Position numbers and translations under genes: made by a program. Shown piece after piece: positions 1 through 11,252 of a DNA stretch of 34,363 bases (position 1 is the first letter of the stretch; the number at the start of each line of letters is the position of its first letter). The notes under the pieces are model-generated. The model did not search any database. It worked only from the letters and a program-made list of their open reading frames with translations, and was not told where the DNA came from. Where the stretch lies: the NCBI RefSeq assembly GCF_006345805.1, contig NW_021836729.1:1-34363 (forward strand), given 5' to 3'. The DNA comes from Octopus sinensis. Taxonomy: Eukaryota.

Positions 1-48
1 TGGTCCTTTTTATTCGCTAGACACTGAGATGATTATATCCCAAATTTA

Positions 49-83
49 TAAATATAGTATTATATATATATATATATAATATA

Positions 84-114
<31 letters not shown>

Positions 115-206
115 TATATATATTACATATATATTTATATATATATATATATATAGATATATTTATATATATATAATCTATATATTTATAATTATATACA
201 TTTATA

Positions 207-242
<36 letters not shown>

Positions 243-270
243 ATATATATATATATATAATATATATATA
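49..270. repeat. Interrupted (TA)n microsatellite, first of many (TA)n/(CA)n/(TG)n fields in the window
   Basis: Direct reading of dinucleotide runs. Confidence 0.95.
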
Positions 271-312
271 TTAGCATAATGTATATAGAAATAGCAAGCG
301 TTTCCTCTCGCT

Positions 313-507
313 CCATGTCAGATTCATAAGAGCCGGTTTCCCTGATTCAGTGGTGTATATATTTCACACTTGGATGGGATGCCAGTCCTTCACATGATGA
401 CTCCTTTTGCCAGGTGAGTGGACTGGAGCAACGTGAATCTAGGAATCGAAAGCACAACACTACGATCTTGAGTCCAACACTCTAACCACTAAGCCACGCG
501 CCTCCAC
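313..507 (-). mobile_element. tRNA-derived SINE, family C, internally deleted
   Basis: Minus strand begins GTGGAGGCGCGTGGCTTAGTGGTTAGAG with a pol III A-box (TGGCTTAGTGG). Shares head and the AAGAGCCGGTTTCC tail segment with 26632-26814. Confidence 0.75.
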
Positions 508-556
508 TACAATATATGTATGTGTATACTTATACGATACATATATATATATATAT

Positions 557-1409
557 AAAATCACAATAAGGGTGAAAAAAATTGAATATTAATCAATAAT
601 AATATCAATTTAAAACACCAAGTGGCCTAGCGTAAAAAAAACCTGTGATACAGTAAAAATTATTAATACAAGTAATAAGAGAGGGACCACATGTGGTCAC
701 TCTAACGCTAGAAATAGATCCGCAAAGGGAATCACAACTAAAGAATTGTTCTCAAGCATTAATTCAACACGCCAAGAATGTAAGCGGGCAGGACAAATGA
801 AAAATAACGAAAAAATGGATTAACTCTATACATTGTTTCATTTCTTCATGTTAATAGATTGTGTAATTTTACTTACAAATCATTTTCGAATAATCGGTAG
901 AGTATATCAAAAATATAATTGCTGAACCGAACGCCAAAATCCATACGAAGCCGAGCAAATGCGAAACGGCACAGCCGATTATACTTGCAGTTACGTTCAA
1001 TATCCTCATTCTTGGCGTGTTAGAAATACCGGATGTAAATACTACCCCAGTAATTTACTGCCGGTTTGAGAACATATTAATTCATAATTAAAATCACAAT
1101 AAGGGTGATAAAATTTGAATATTAATTAATAATAACATCAATTTAAAACACCAAGTGGCCTAGCGTAAAAAACTGTGATACAGTAAAAATTATTAATACA
1201 GGTAATAAGAGAGGGACCACGTGTGGTCACTCTAACGCTAGAAATAGATCCGCAAAAGGAATCCACCATTAAAGAATTGTTCTCTCAAGCATTAATTCAA
1301 TTAATGTTGAATTAATGCTTGAGAACAATTCTTTAGTGGTGGATTCCCTTTGCGGATCTATTTCTAGCGTTAGAGTGACCTCATGTGGTTTCTCTCTTAT
1401 TACTTGTAT
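557..1409. repeat. Two direct ~210 bp copies (557-767, 1090-1300) plus an inverted partial copy (1307-1409); pLTR-like arrangement
   Basis: AAAATCACAATAAGGGTGA...GCATTAATTCAA occurs twice; 1307-1409 is the reverse complement of the last ~100 bp of the unit. (TA)n on both outer flanks. Confidence 0.85.
766..1021. mobile_element. MITE candidate with perfect 15 bp terminal inverted repeats
   Basis: AACACGCCAAGAATG (766-780) and CATTCTTGGCGTGTT (1007-1021) are exact reverse complements. No clean TSD. Confidence 0.45.
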
Positions 1410-1471
1410 ATATATATATACATACGTATATATATATTATATACATACTTACATATATATATATGTATGTA

Positions 1472-1609
1472 TATCAAATCGACTCACAAGGAATTGGTAA
1501 ACCCGAGGGTAGACTAGAAGTCACTTGCCCAAGTTTCCTCGCAGTTGCGACTGAACCCTGGACAAAGTTATTGGGAAGTAAGTTTTTCCCACAGAGCACC
1601 TCTGCGCCT
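1472..1609 (-). mobile_element. tRNA-derived SINE, family A, degenerate 5' part
   Basis: Reverse complement matches the AGGCGCAG...TTGGGCAAGTG...TTGTGAGT head of the better copy at 26163. Confidence 0.75.
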
Positions 1610-2503
1610 CTATGTGAACTCTATGTACGATTCGGTTGTTATATGATACGTACATACATATGTGCGTGTGTGCGTGTGTGTATGAGTGAGTGTGCGTATG
1701 TGTGCGTGCATGTGTGCGTGTTTATGTCGTGCATGTATCTATTCACTATGCACTGTATACATTTTTGTAATCACAAACGCCCACTCCCCTTCAGCCGACA
1801 CCACGAATTTAAATATGGCGTGCATGTTCACATGTTTTCGTATAATTAGTCAAAACTTTCAACTCGTTGCTTTCCTTCTCTATATAACCTTTTTATTTTA
1901 TCCTCTTGTTCAACCAGAATTCTTTACGTAGGCTCCATTCCAAACACTTTCGATTTGGATTAGCACTTAGTATCCATAATCTGCACCGCTCTATATATGA
2001 GGTTGTTTAATCTCGTATGTGTTTCAATCATCCGCTTTATGCGTGTGCCTTGCGAATACTTCCATCTTTGCTACATCTTATATTTCGGCCATTTGTTAGA
2101 TGACATATGATATCGCGTAGCTGGGTGGTCCTTCCGGGATCTTAGGAATGAATCTGTGTAGCAATCCTTTAAAATATTTCCATATTCACGCTATGCACAA
2201 CACTTAGAATCTGTGGAAAGTATTAAATAGTTGGAATCCTTTGAAATTTTAACTGCTGTTGCATCCAGAGTTATTGAAGAGAGTGGGCGGGAGAGAGAGA
2301 GAGCGTGAGGAAGAAGAAAGAGAGAGATGGGGTGAGAAAGTGGGGAAAAGTTAGTCATACGAGGTGGATTGACAGAAAGTTATGTGTGTGTGTGTATATG
2401 TATATATATATATATATATGAGAGGGACAGAGAGAGAAGGAGAGGGCGAAACAGAGAGAGAGAGGAGGGATAGATAGACAGGTAGACAGATTGATAGATA
2501 GAT

Positions 2504-2570
<67 letters not shown>

Positions 2571-2977
2571 TAATGAAAACTGAGAGATAGTGAAAGAACG
2601 AGAGGAATAAATGGATGGCAGTAAATGGGGAGGAAGAGACGTATGGAGGTAAGAGAAAAAGAGTGACATAGAGAGGGATACATAGAGAGAGAGAGGGAGA
2701 CATAGAGAGAGAGGGAGACAGTGCATATCTAAATTACTTTGGATGATCTTCAAAGAATGGTTAACAGCAGCCAGTTCCCATATGATCTGAAGAAATGCAT
2801 AAAATCTGTGATTCATAAAGAAGTATTATCGATAGTGTTTCATCTCACCAGATGCGTCCTTCGATATATTTCAGGTATGACGTATCACACACCTCTGACA
2901 ATGTTCCTTGTATACATACACTGGTGGGTACATGTGTATGCGTCGATACACACGCACACATTATATAATATTATTAT

Positions 2978-3023
<46 letters not shown>

Positions 3024-3598
3024 TAGATATATTTCATAATATATATATATATATTATATTCATATATATATGCATGTAATATATATAGGTATATGTATAT
3101 AATATGCATATGTATATATATATATATATGTATGTGTGTAGTATGTGTTTTATATACATATGTGAGTATGGTCAGTGTTTAATTCTGTGTTATGAAGGAA
3201 GTATAGCGAGTAACGCGATAACTGTGGGATGTAGGTTGACTGATACGGCTATTTATTCTATAAACACAAATTCCAATGACATAACGCGTTTATTTCGCCA
3301 TTTTATGTACTGGTCATGTATGCAGCCAATGTTATGGAATACTTACCTACACAATATCGCACACATAAACTCAGACATTAACACATATATGCAAAACCAC
3401 GCACTCACACACACACACACACACACACGCGTGCGCATGCACACGTAGGCATACACGTACACGTATGTATGTATGTACATATCTTAATATGGGTATATGT
3501 ATCTATTTCTTTACATATATTTATGTATACGCATCTGTGCATATATGTATGTGAGTGCGTGTGTATGTGTCTGTGCGTATGCATGATATATGCATACC

Positions 3599-3642
<44 letters not shown>

Positions 3643-4421
3643 ATATCTATCCTATATATATATGTATATGTATATACTTGTATTTAAGTATGTTTGTATA
3701 TATGCATGTACGTATCAATTAATGTGTACCTTGGATTTAAATGCATACATACATAAACATACATGTATATGTATATGTGTGTGTGTATGTACGTATGTAT
3801 ACATATATACATATATGTAAATGCATGTACGTGTGCATGTATGTATGCATATATATATGTGGGCATGTGAGTATGTTTGTGTTTGTGTGTATGGATGTAT
3901 ATATATACCTATGTATCTATGTATGCATGCATGTATATATAGGTATATTTTTCTGAGATCAAACATAGCGACAGCTATATAGATCGATCAATGGAAATAA
4001 TTTCTTGCTTAAATACATAAATCGATCAATTTGTTGATTGGTAGATTTGTAGATATCTAAATATAATGATAAGTATGAAGATACTTAAACAGGTAGCTTA
4101 TATAACATATAGAAAACATTGTACGCATACGGTCGACATCAAGCAGTTTCAGATTGCTGTATGATGACGTAAGCAAATATCATATGGCGTTTGTGGCCTC
4201 ATTTGTGATGCCATACGGGTACGAGCGTTCTTGAAATTCGCACACACACACACACATTTATGTGTGTATATATATATACATATATATACATGAATATATA
4301 TATATGAATATATATATATATAATATGTTTGTATATGTATGCATATGTATATGTGATGTGTGTAATATATATATATATATATATATATATGAATATATTT
4401 ATATATATGTATATGCGTATG

Positions 4422-4476
<55 letters not shown>

Positions 4477-4738
4477 TTATATATATATATATATATACAT
4501 ATAAAAGTAAATAAATGGTACAACGAAGTACTGATATTTACTGGAAAATAGCGATCGTAATAAATACGACGCTATTGTATAGCTTCACTTCGTATGTACT
4601 AGTAAAGACGCGTGTGTGCAACAAACATGAAAAAAAATTGTCTGAAAAATAAAAAACCTAGAAACGGATAATGCAGTACCGGTTTCAGACTCTTCAAATA
4701 CTTTTGCCAACGTAGATTTGATTTGTCTTATATATATA

Positions 4739-5111
4739 CTACCAGTATCGCCCGGCGTTGCTCGGGTTTGTAAGGGAAATAACTATAAAGCATTTTTAGA
4801 GAGTTATAGCCAAAAATAGCCAAAACATGGGAAAAAAATGATGGTAAATTTTTTTTGAGAGTTAAAAAGGTCGAGTCGCGTCCCCTAGACCATCTGTGGT
4901 TTGTGTTTCTGATTGTCGACCCCATGTCGAATTTATCGATCTTTTTCAGAACTGGGGGAACTTTTCAAAATTTTCGCTGCGTTAGTTTTGAATTATGACA
5001 TTGGGCTATGTGTGTGTCAAGTTTCATCAGAATCGGTTGAAAGCGTGGTCAGGGTGAGGGTACAAGCAAACAGACACACAGAAACACGCACAGACAAACT
5101 GCCGTTTATAT

Positions 5112-5114
<3 letters not shown>
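4739..5114 (-). mobile_element. Non-autonomous Helitron, 376 bp
   Basis: Minus strand starts A|TCTATATAAA and ends GTAG|T (CTRR-like, one mismatch). GC-rich hairpin CCCGAGC-AAC-GCCGGG lies just upstream of the 3' end. Inserted between A and T. Confidence 0.75.
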
Positions 5115-5145
<31 letters not shown>

Positions 5146-5270
5146 GGATATGGGGAAAGCAAGAAGAAAGACAGCGAAAATACACATTGGATATCAAAAC
5201 AAAAAAATAAAGTTTTTTTTTAATGAAAAGTAATGATAAATATGAGGTGGGCCGTTTATGAGCGTGTATA

Positions 5271-5388
5271 TGTTAAATAGAATAAGATAACAAGGTCAAG
5301 ACATTGTTACATACCTAGGACATTTATAAGAAGAATTGCCCTAGGAATATCACATTGCCTTGGCCTTGTTATCTTATTCTATTTAACA
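5271..5388. repeat. Short fold-back with 30 bp arms (29/30 identical) and 58 bp spacer
   Basis: TGTTAAATAGAATAAGATAACAAGGTCAAG (5271-5300) versus reverse complement of 5359-5388. Confidence 0.85.
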
Positions 5389-6054
5389 CACACGGGCGTG
5401 CACACGCACACATATATACACACACATGCATATATATATAAACTGAAGGGATGGAACGCGTAAAATGCACGCTAGATATGTTTCTTTTCTTGTTTAATCT
5501 CGTGATGCGTTTGTTATGCAATGAGCTTTGCACAACGTATCTAAACATCAGGCTAAGATTGCATTAATGAAATGAATACTGTATTGTCGCCCGAAATATC
5601 TAAGTCTGTCACGCCACAATGGTGAGTTCAGCTGGAAATTTTATTTCATTAAGGTAAATTTCAGCCTGATGATTGGTTACGTTGGACAAATGTCATTGCA
5701 TAAGAATTGCATCACGAGCTTCTGTTAGCTAAGAAACATTTATAGGGTGCATTTTATCTGCTCCACTCCCACAATTTGGAATTTTATTCGCATTTTCAGC
5801 AGCTTTAATTGGTAAGTCTAAGCGATATAGAAACTAACAGCTTATTGAATTTCCTTACATATTCGCTATGAGAAAAATATGTAACTTGCGATGCAATGAA
5901 TGGTTATTGTTCCTGCTACAGACTACAGCAGAGGATCACCTAACTAAGAAACATATGTAAGCTGAAATTTACCCGTCCCACCCCTCAATTTGGAAATTCT
6001 TAAAATTTTTTTAAATTATATAAAATTATATGAAATTCTTAAACAAGAGATTTA

Positions 6055-6440
6055 GGCGCAGGAGCGGCTGTTCGGTAAGTAGCTTGATTACCAACCACAT
6101 GGTTCATTCCCACTGCAAGTGTCATCTACTATAGCCTCGGCACGACCAAAGCTTTGTGAGTGGATTTGGTAGACGGAAACTGAAAGAATCCCGTCGTATA
6201 TATGTATATGTATGTGTACGTTTGTGTGTATTTATTTGTTTGTATTTGTTCCCCCAACATCGCTTGACAACCGATGGTGGTGTGTATACGTCCCCGTAAC
6301 TTAGCGGTTCGGCATAACGACCGATAGGACAAGTACTAGGGTTACAAAAAATAAGTCCTGGGGTCGATTTGGTCGACTAAAGATGGTGCCCTAGCATGGC
6401 CACAGTAATTGACTGAAACAAATAAAAGAGAAAAGAGAGT
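6055..6440 (+). mobile_element. tRNA-derived SINE, family A, near full length
   Basis: GGCGCAGGAGCGGCTGTTCGGTAAG head, internal (TA/TG) tract, tail ending GACTGAAACAAATAAAAGAG; colinear with 26163-26600. Confidence 0.85.
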
Positions 6441-7440
6441 GTTGTCAACAGAGGCAGAAACTTCGAGGTCCCTGTCAACAACATACTCGTTTGAGATTAA
6501 AATTAGTACTGTAGCAAAAGTATAGGATAATCGATCATATTAATGTAAAATTTGTTTTTATTATTACTGAACATAAAAAGAAACGTTAACATATACGTGT
6601 GTGTGTGCGCGCCCGTTATTTGTACAGAGACATATATGTGTTTGTTTCTTCCTCTGGTTTCAGTCATTGTACTGCGATCACACGGGGGCATGTCTTGAAG
6701 GTATTTATTCAAAGTAATCGAATTCTGTATAGGTTTGTAAGTCTGGAAATTATCCTGTCGATCCTTTTCTGACGAAACATTCAATTATGTAGATATGTGT
6801 GTTTATTGTGATACAAACTAAGCTTAATTATTTTGATAATTTTTTATGATATTGTGTACTTTATAGCGTGTATTCTTATTGCAACACTCCAATTTCGTTA
6901 CTTCTGAAAGGGTAAAATTTTGAAATATATTTTTTATAGAACAAGTAGCAAGACAAATTCTTTTCAACACGTAAAAACTGAACAGTATATATAAAGGCTA
7001 AAATCCTTTGAAGAGCAGAAAATTTTGCCGGCAACCAGCCATGAATTTCTTTTTTACATATGACGTAATCTATATTATGTATAGTTTATGAACTTTTTAT
7101 CTAAGAAATAATATATATTATATTTATCGTAGATCTATTTTTTGTTTATGCGTTCGTTTATTTACAATTACGGAATTTTCCCTCCTGCAATTTACGTAAA
7201 TAGGGACCATTATTTGTTAGTTACTTCAAAGTGAGTTATTTCTGAAAGAAATTAATAAAATTTCGATAGGCATTATTTATAATTAGAGTTTATTATCTTT
7301 TTATCTAAGAAGCAACATAGGTTACAATTATCGTAGATTTAAGCTTCTGTTGGTTTTATTTATCGGGTACTCCCTTCGATAAAATTCATAAATAATGAAC
7401 ATTATTTGATAGTTACTGTGAATAATATTTATATCAGAAA

Positions 7441-7838
7441 GGAGGCGAGCTGGCAGAATCGTTAGAACACCGGGCGAAATTCTTAGCAGTATTTCATCTA
7501 CTGTAACGTTCTGGGTTCAAATTCCGCCGAGGTCGATTTTACCTTTCATCATTTCGGGATCGATAAATTAAGTACCAGTTACGCCCTGAGGTCGATGTAA
7601 TCGATTTAATACGTCTGTCCGTCCTTGTTTGTCCTCTCTGTGTTAGGGTCCTTGTGGGGCAGTAAAGAAATAGGTATTTCGTCTGCCGTTACGTTTTGCG
7701 TTCAAATTCCGCCGAGGTAGACATTTTTATTCATCCTTTTGAGGTCGGTTAAATAAGTACCAGTTACGCACTGGGGTCGATATAATCGACTGGATCCCTC
7801 CCCCAAAATCTTGTACCTAGGATTGGAAAGAATATTTA
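7441..7838 (+). mobile_element. tRNA-derived SINE, family B, with internally duplicated body
   Basis: GGCGAGCTGGCAGAATCGTTAG head, B-box-like GTTCAAATTCC twice (duplicated block), tail CCTCCCCCAAAAT...TGTACCTAG. Confidence 0.85.
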
Positions 7839-8690
7839 TATGAGTAATTTTAAATAAATGAGAAGTATAATTATATTTTATTAATTTAATACTATATTAT
7901 CATTATATATAATTTATATATATTTCCCTTGAGTAATTATAAATATTTGAAAAGTATTGCATATGAATAAATAGTTAGTTGATATACTAGAAATACGTTT
8001 ATTCGAACATGCATCGGCATATTTATAGAATAAATATTGATTTACACGATTTATCACCGTCTCTTAAACTATGTAGGACTCTGACACTTCGTTTATTTAT
8101 ATATTGTTATTATTATATATTATTAAAATAGCCAGTGATTGTTTTTGACTTGAGTTCATTTGAATTGATTTTATTGGAGATATATCGAAAGATTCTGAAA
8201 GATGTAGAATTTCTTTTCTTAATTATTTTGTTCGTTATTTTTGTTCTTTTATGGTATTTGAATAGTTAACGCTCGCGCTCCTAAATTAGGTATTTTGAAT
8301 CTGAATTTTTCAATCTGGCAGTCCTTTTACATAGAATTTTTTCTGTTTTTTAACCAAAATCCTGAAGAAAGTGTATACATGGATATAAATTGTTTATTAA
8401 TCAAGTAATAAATATAAATTGAAACAAATTGTTGGTTTTTTATGCTTTTTATTAATTTTTAAAGTTGTATTATCATATATTTATATTACATTTATGGCCT
8501 ATCATATTATGGTATAAATAAATTGTTAACCTGCCAATTATATTTCTCTATTTGATGTATTGTTTCCATTTTGTATTTACACTCTTATTCCAGTGGTTTT
8601 CAACTGGCGTACCAGTGAATTGGGTGTTTTGCACCACGTTGAAGGACTTGTTTCTTCTTCGTTACATTATATATATATATATATATATAC

Positions 8691-8724
<34 letters not shown>

Positions 8725-8942
8725 CTCTCCAGTGTGACCCCTCTGACCGACATTCACCATGATAGATTGCTAGCCACTACACATTCTTTATTTTCTCTTC
8801 TTGTTTATTTCTGTGGAAGAGCGTAGGCTCGTAACGTTAAATAATTTTTCACTTCCCGAGCGTTAAACTAATACATTTGTTTGTTGTCTACACCGCCTGT
8901 CTTTGTCTTTTGCTTTTTTTGTGTGAACTCTACGCCCTAGCA

Positions 8943-8943
<1 letters not shown>
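8725..8943 (+). mobile_element. Penelope pLTR-like repeat fragment carrying a hammerhead-like motif
   Basis: Homologous to 31778-31957 (GAAGAGCGTAGGCTCG...GAGCG...ACTAATACA). Flanked by (GATA)n and (TA)n. Penelope assignment is inference. Confidence 0.55.
8806..8843 (+). ncRNA. Hammerhead-like motif, degenerate (core CUGUGGA+A, GAAA changed to GUAA)
   Basis: Stem I TATTT/AAATA, stem II GAGC-GTAG-GCTC, stem III ACGT palindrome. Confidence 0.45.
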
Positions 8944-8983
<40 letters not shown>

Positions 8984-8985
<2 letters not shown>

Positions 8986-9193
8986 GGTGGTCCAAAAGTA
9001 GGATTACAGTTATTCAACTATCTCTTTGGTATTCATATATTAACAGTTTAGATCTTAAATCTAAAATAATATAAACCATTATCCTATGCTAATTTAGTGA
9101 ATTGAAAGAGAGAATTTAAATATAATAAAATGTTTTAGAAGAAATTTAAAGTGCCCACGTGATAACTGCCAATCCTACTTTCGGGCCACCTGT
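8984..9193. mobile_element. Tc1/mariner-type MITE, ~210 bp
   Basis: Left GGTGGTCCAAAAGTAGGATTACAGTTAT; right end reverse complement CAGGTGGCCCGAAAGTAGGATTGGCAGTTAT. TA context on both sides. Confidence 0.7.
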
Positions 9194-9243
9194 TTATATA
9201 TATATATATGTGTGTGGTGTGTACATATATATATAAATATATA

Positions 9244-9296
<53 letters not shown>

Positions 9297-9298
9297 GG

Positions 9299-9438
<140 letters not shown>

Positions 9439-10275
9439 GTGCTTCATACACACATTACACATATTGCATCCATCCTCAGAACATTTTTTCCTGAATATTT
9501 GGCATTCTACTCCTCATTATCTTTAATTGTTTCAACTCATGTTGCCAGTTCTCCTATAAGCGCCTTACCTATATGGAGCTTACAGTGCATCAGCTTCGTT
9601 ATAATAAACTAATGCAATTAATTATCTTTCCCATTAATACACGCCGAAATATCTCAATCGTATATAGTCCTTGATGTGAAAGTGAGCGGCTTGGACATTG
9701 CCGTTTCGAAATCTTTGCCTATCAAACACGCTGCGGATATCATTCGATTTCTAAGTTCATTGATTTCTTCCGTGTCTCAAATTGTTTCCTTAATATTTTG
9801 TTAACGATTGCATTGCATCTATTTATTCCTCTACCTGCGTGCACCTGTGGATTTATTTGTTTGTCTGCCTATCACCCTCCACCTTTCTCTCTCTCTTCCT
9901 CTCTATGTATATATATATATATTTACACACATACACACACATTATATATATACATTATACATATACATATATAATACAGTATATATATATATGTATAAAG
10001 ATATATATATATATTATATATATAATATATATATATATATACATATATAGAAATATTAAAATAACTAAGTCTCTCTAAAAGAGAACAGCGGCAGCTTCCG
10101 GAAAAATAATATTAGTTATCGCATACTAATATGGCATTCTTATAAAAATAAGAAAAAAGCTGTCCGCTTATTAGCTCCATGAGGCCATCGCCTTAAGTTG
10201 CTATTTGATACACAAACTGTATCCATATAACCTTCGAACAAGGGAGGTCAGTCGCTCCACACTACTTGACCGGCA

Positions 10276-10317
10276 GCTAACAACGCGTTTCGGAGTATTG
10301 CCCCTTTTCAATGTAGC
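10276..10317 (-). ncRNA. Type I hammerhead, U3-A8 core, inverted-arm copy with altered cleavage-site region
   Basis: Minus strand GCTACA-TTGAAAA-GGGG CAATA CTCC-GAA-ACGCGT-TGTTAGC. Confidence 0.55.
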
Positions 10318-10498
10318 GTAGCCAGCCAGTAGGTGTCGCTTCCGACAATCTCTGTTCGATGGTTTTATTTACCTAGTTTCGGTGGAATACATCCACTTGT
10401 TTTCAATAATAAAATATTAAAATAACTAAGTCTCTCTAAAAGAGAACAGCGGCAGCTTCCGGAAATAATAGTTATCGCCATACCTACTGGCTGGCTAC

Positions 10499-10538
10499 GC
10501 TGCATTGAAAGGGCAATACTCCGAAACGCGTCTGTAGC
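10499..10538 (+). ncRNA. Type I hammerhead, U3-A8 core, copy 1 (one core A missing)
   Basis: GCTGCA-TTGAAA-GGG CAATAC TCC-GAA-ACGCGT-C-TGTAGC. The missing A may be a homopolymer sequencing error. Confidence 0.55.
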
Positions 10539-10852
10539 TGCCGGTCAAGTAGTGTGGAGCGACTGACCTCCCTTGTTCGAAGTTTATATGGATACAGTTT
10601 GTGTATCAAATAGCTACTTAAGGCGATGGCCTCATGGAGCTAATAAGCGGACAGCTTTTTTCTTATTTTAAAGAATGCCATATTAGTATGGCGATAACTA
10701 TTATTTTCCGGGAAATGCCGCTGTTCTCTTTTAGAGAGACTTAGTTATTTTAATATTTCTATTATTGAAAACAAGTGATGTATTCCACCGAAACTAGGTA
10801 AATAAAACCATCGAACAGAGATTGTCGGAAGCGACACCTACTGGCTGGCTAC

Positions 10853-10893
10853 GCTGCATTGAAAAGGGCAATACTCCGAAACGCGTCTGTAGC
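10853..10893 (+). ncRNA. Type I hammerhead, U3-A8 core, intact copy; predicted cleavage after C10887 (GUC)
   Basis: Stem I GCTGCA/TGTAGC, core TTGAAAA, stem II GGG/TCC, GAA, palindromic stem III ACGCGT, GUC triplet. Stem I extends via CTACTGGCTGGC pairing with GCCGGTCAAGTAG. Confidence 0.75.
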
Positions 10894-11209
10894 TGCCGGT
10901 CAAGTAGTGTGGAGCGACTGACCTCCCTTGTTCGAAGGTTTATATGGATACAGTTTGTGTATCAAATAGCTAACTTAAGGCGATGGCCTCATGGAGCTAA
11001 TAAGCGGACAGCTTTTTTCTTATTTTTATAAGAATGCCATATTAGTATGGCGATAACTATTATTTTCCGGGAAGCTGCCGCTGTTCTCTTTTAGAGAGAC
11101 TTGTATTTTAATATTTCTATTATTGAAAACAAGTGGATGTATTCCACGAAAATAGGTAAATTAGACCATCGAACAGAGATTGTCGGAAGCGACACCTACT
11201 GCTGGCTAC

Positions 11210-11252
11210 GCTGCATTGAAAAGGGGCAATACTCCGAAACGCGTTCTGTAGC
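11210..11252 (+). ncRNA. Type I hammerhead, U3-A8 core, copy 3 (extra T at cleavage site)
   Basis: GCTGCA-TTGAAAA-GGGG CAATA CTCC-GAA-ACGCGT-TC-TGTAGC. Confidence 0.6.

Noticed and set aside
1315-4514. Many ORFs rich in YI/IY, HT, CV and SL repeats (also at 9.2, 11.4-12.1, 15.8-17.5, 18.5-20.3 and 31.7-33.1 kb)
   Set aside because: Translations of (TA)n, (CA)n, (GA)n and (GATA)n microsatellites; no domain content.
4674-4697. Minus-strand TTGAAGAGTCT-GAAACCGGTACTG, sharing 13 nt with the 33.7 kb hammerhead
   Set aside because: No stem II and no matching stem I strand; at most a relic.
8591-8604. CAGTGGTTTTCAAC, resembling a hAT terminal repeat
   Set aside because: No partner TIR or 8 bp TSD found.
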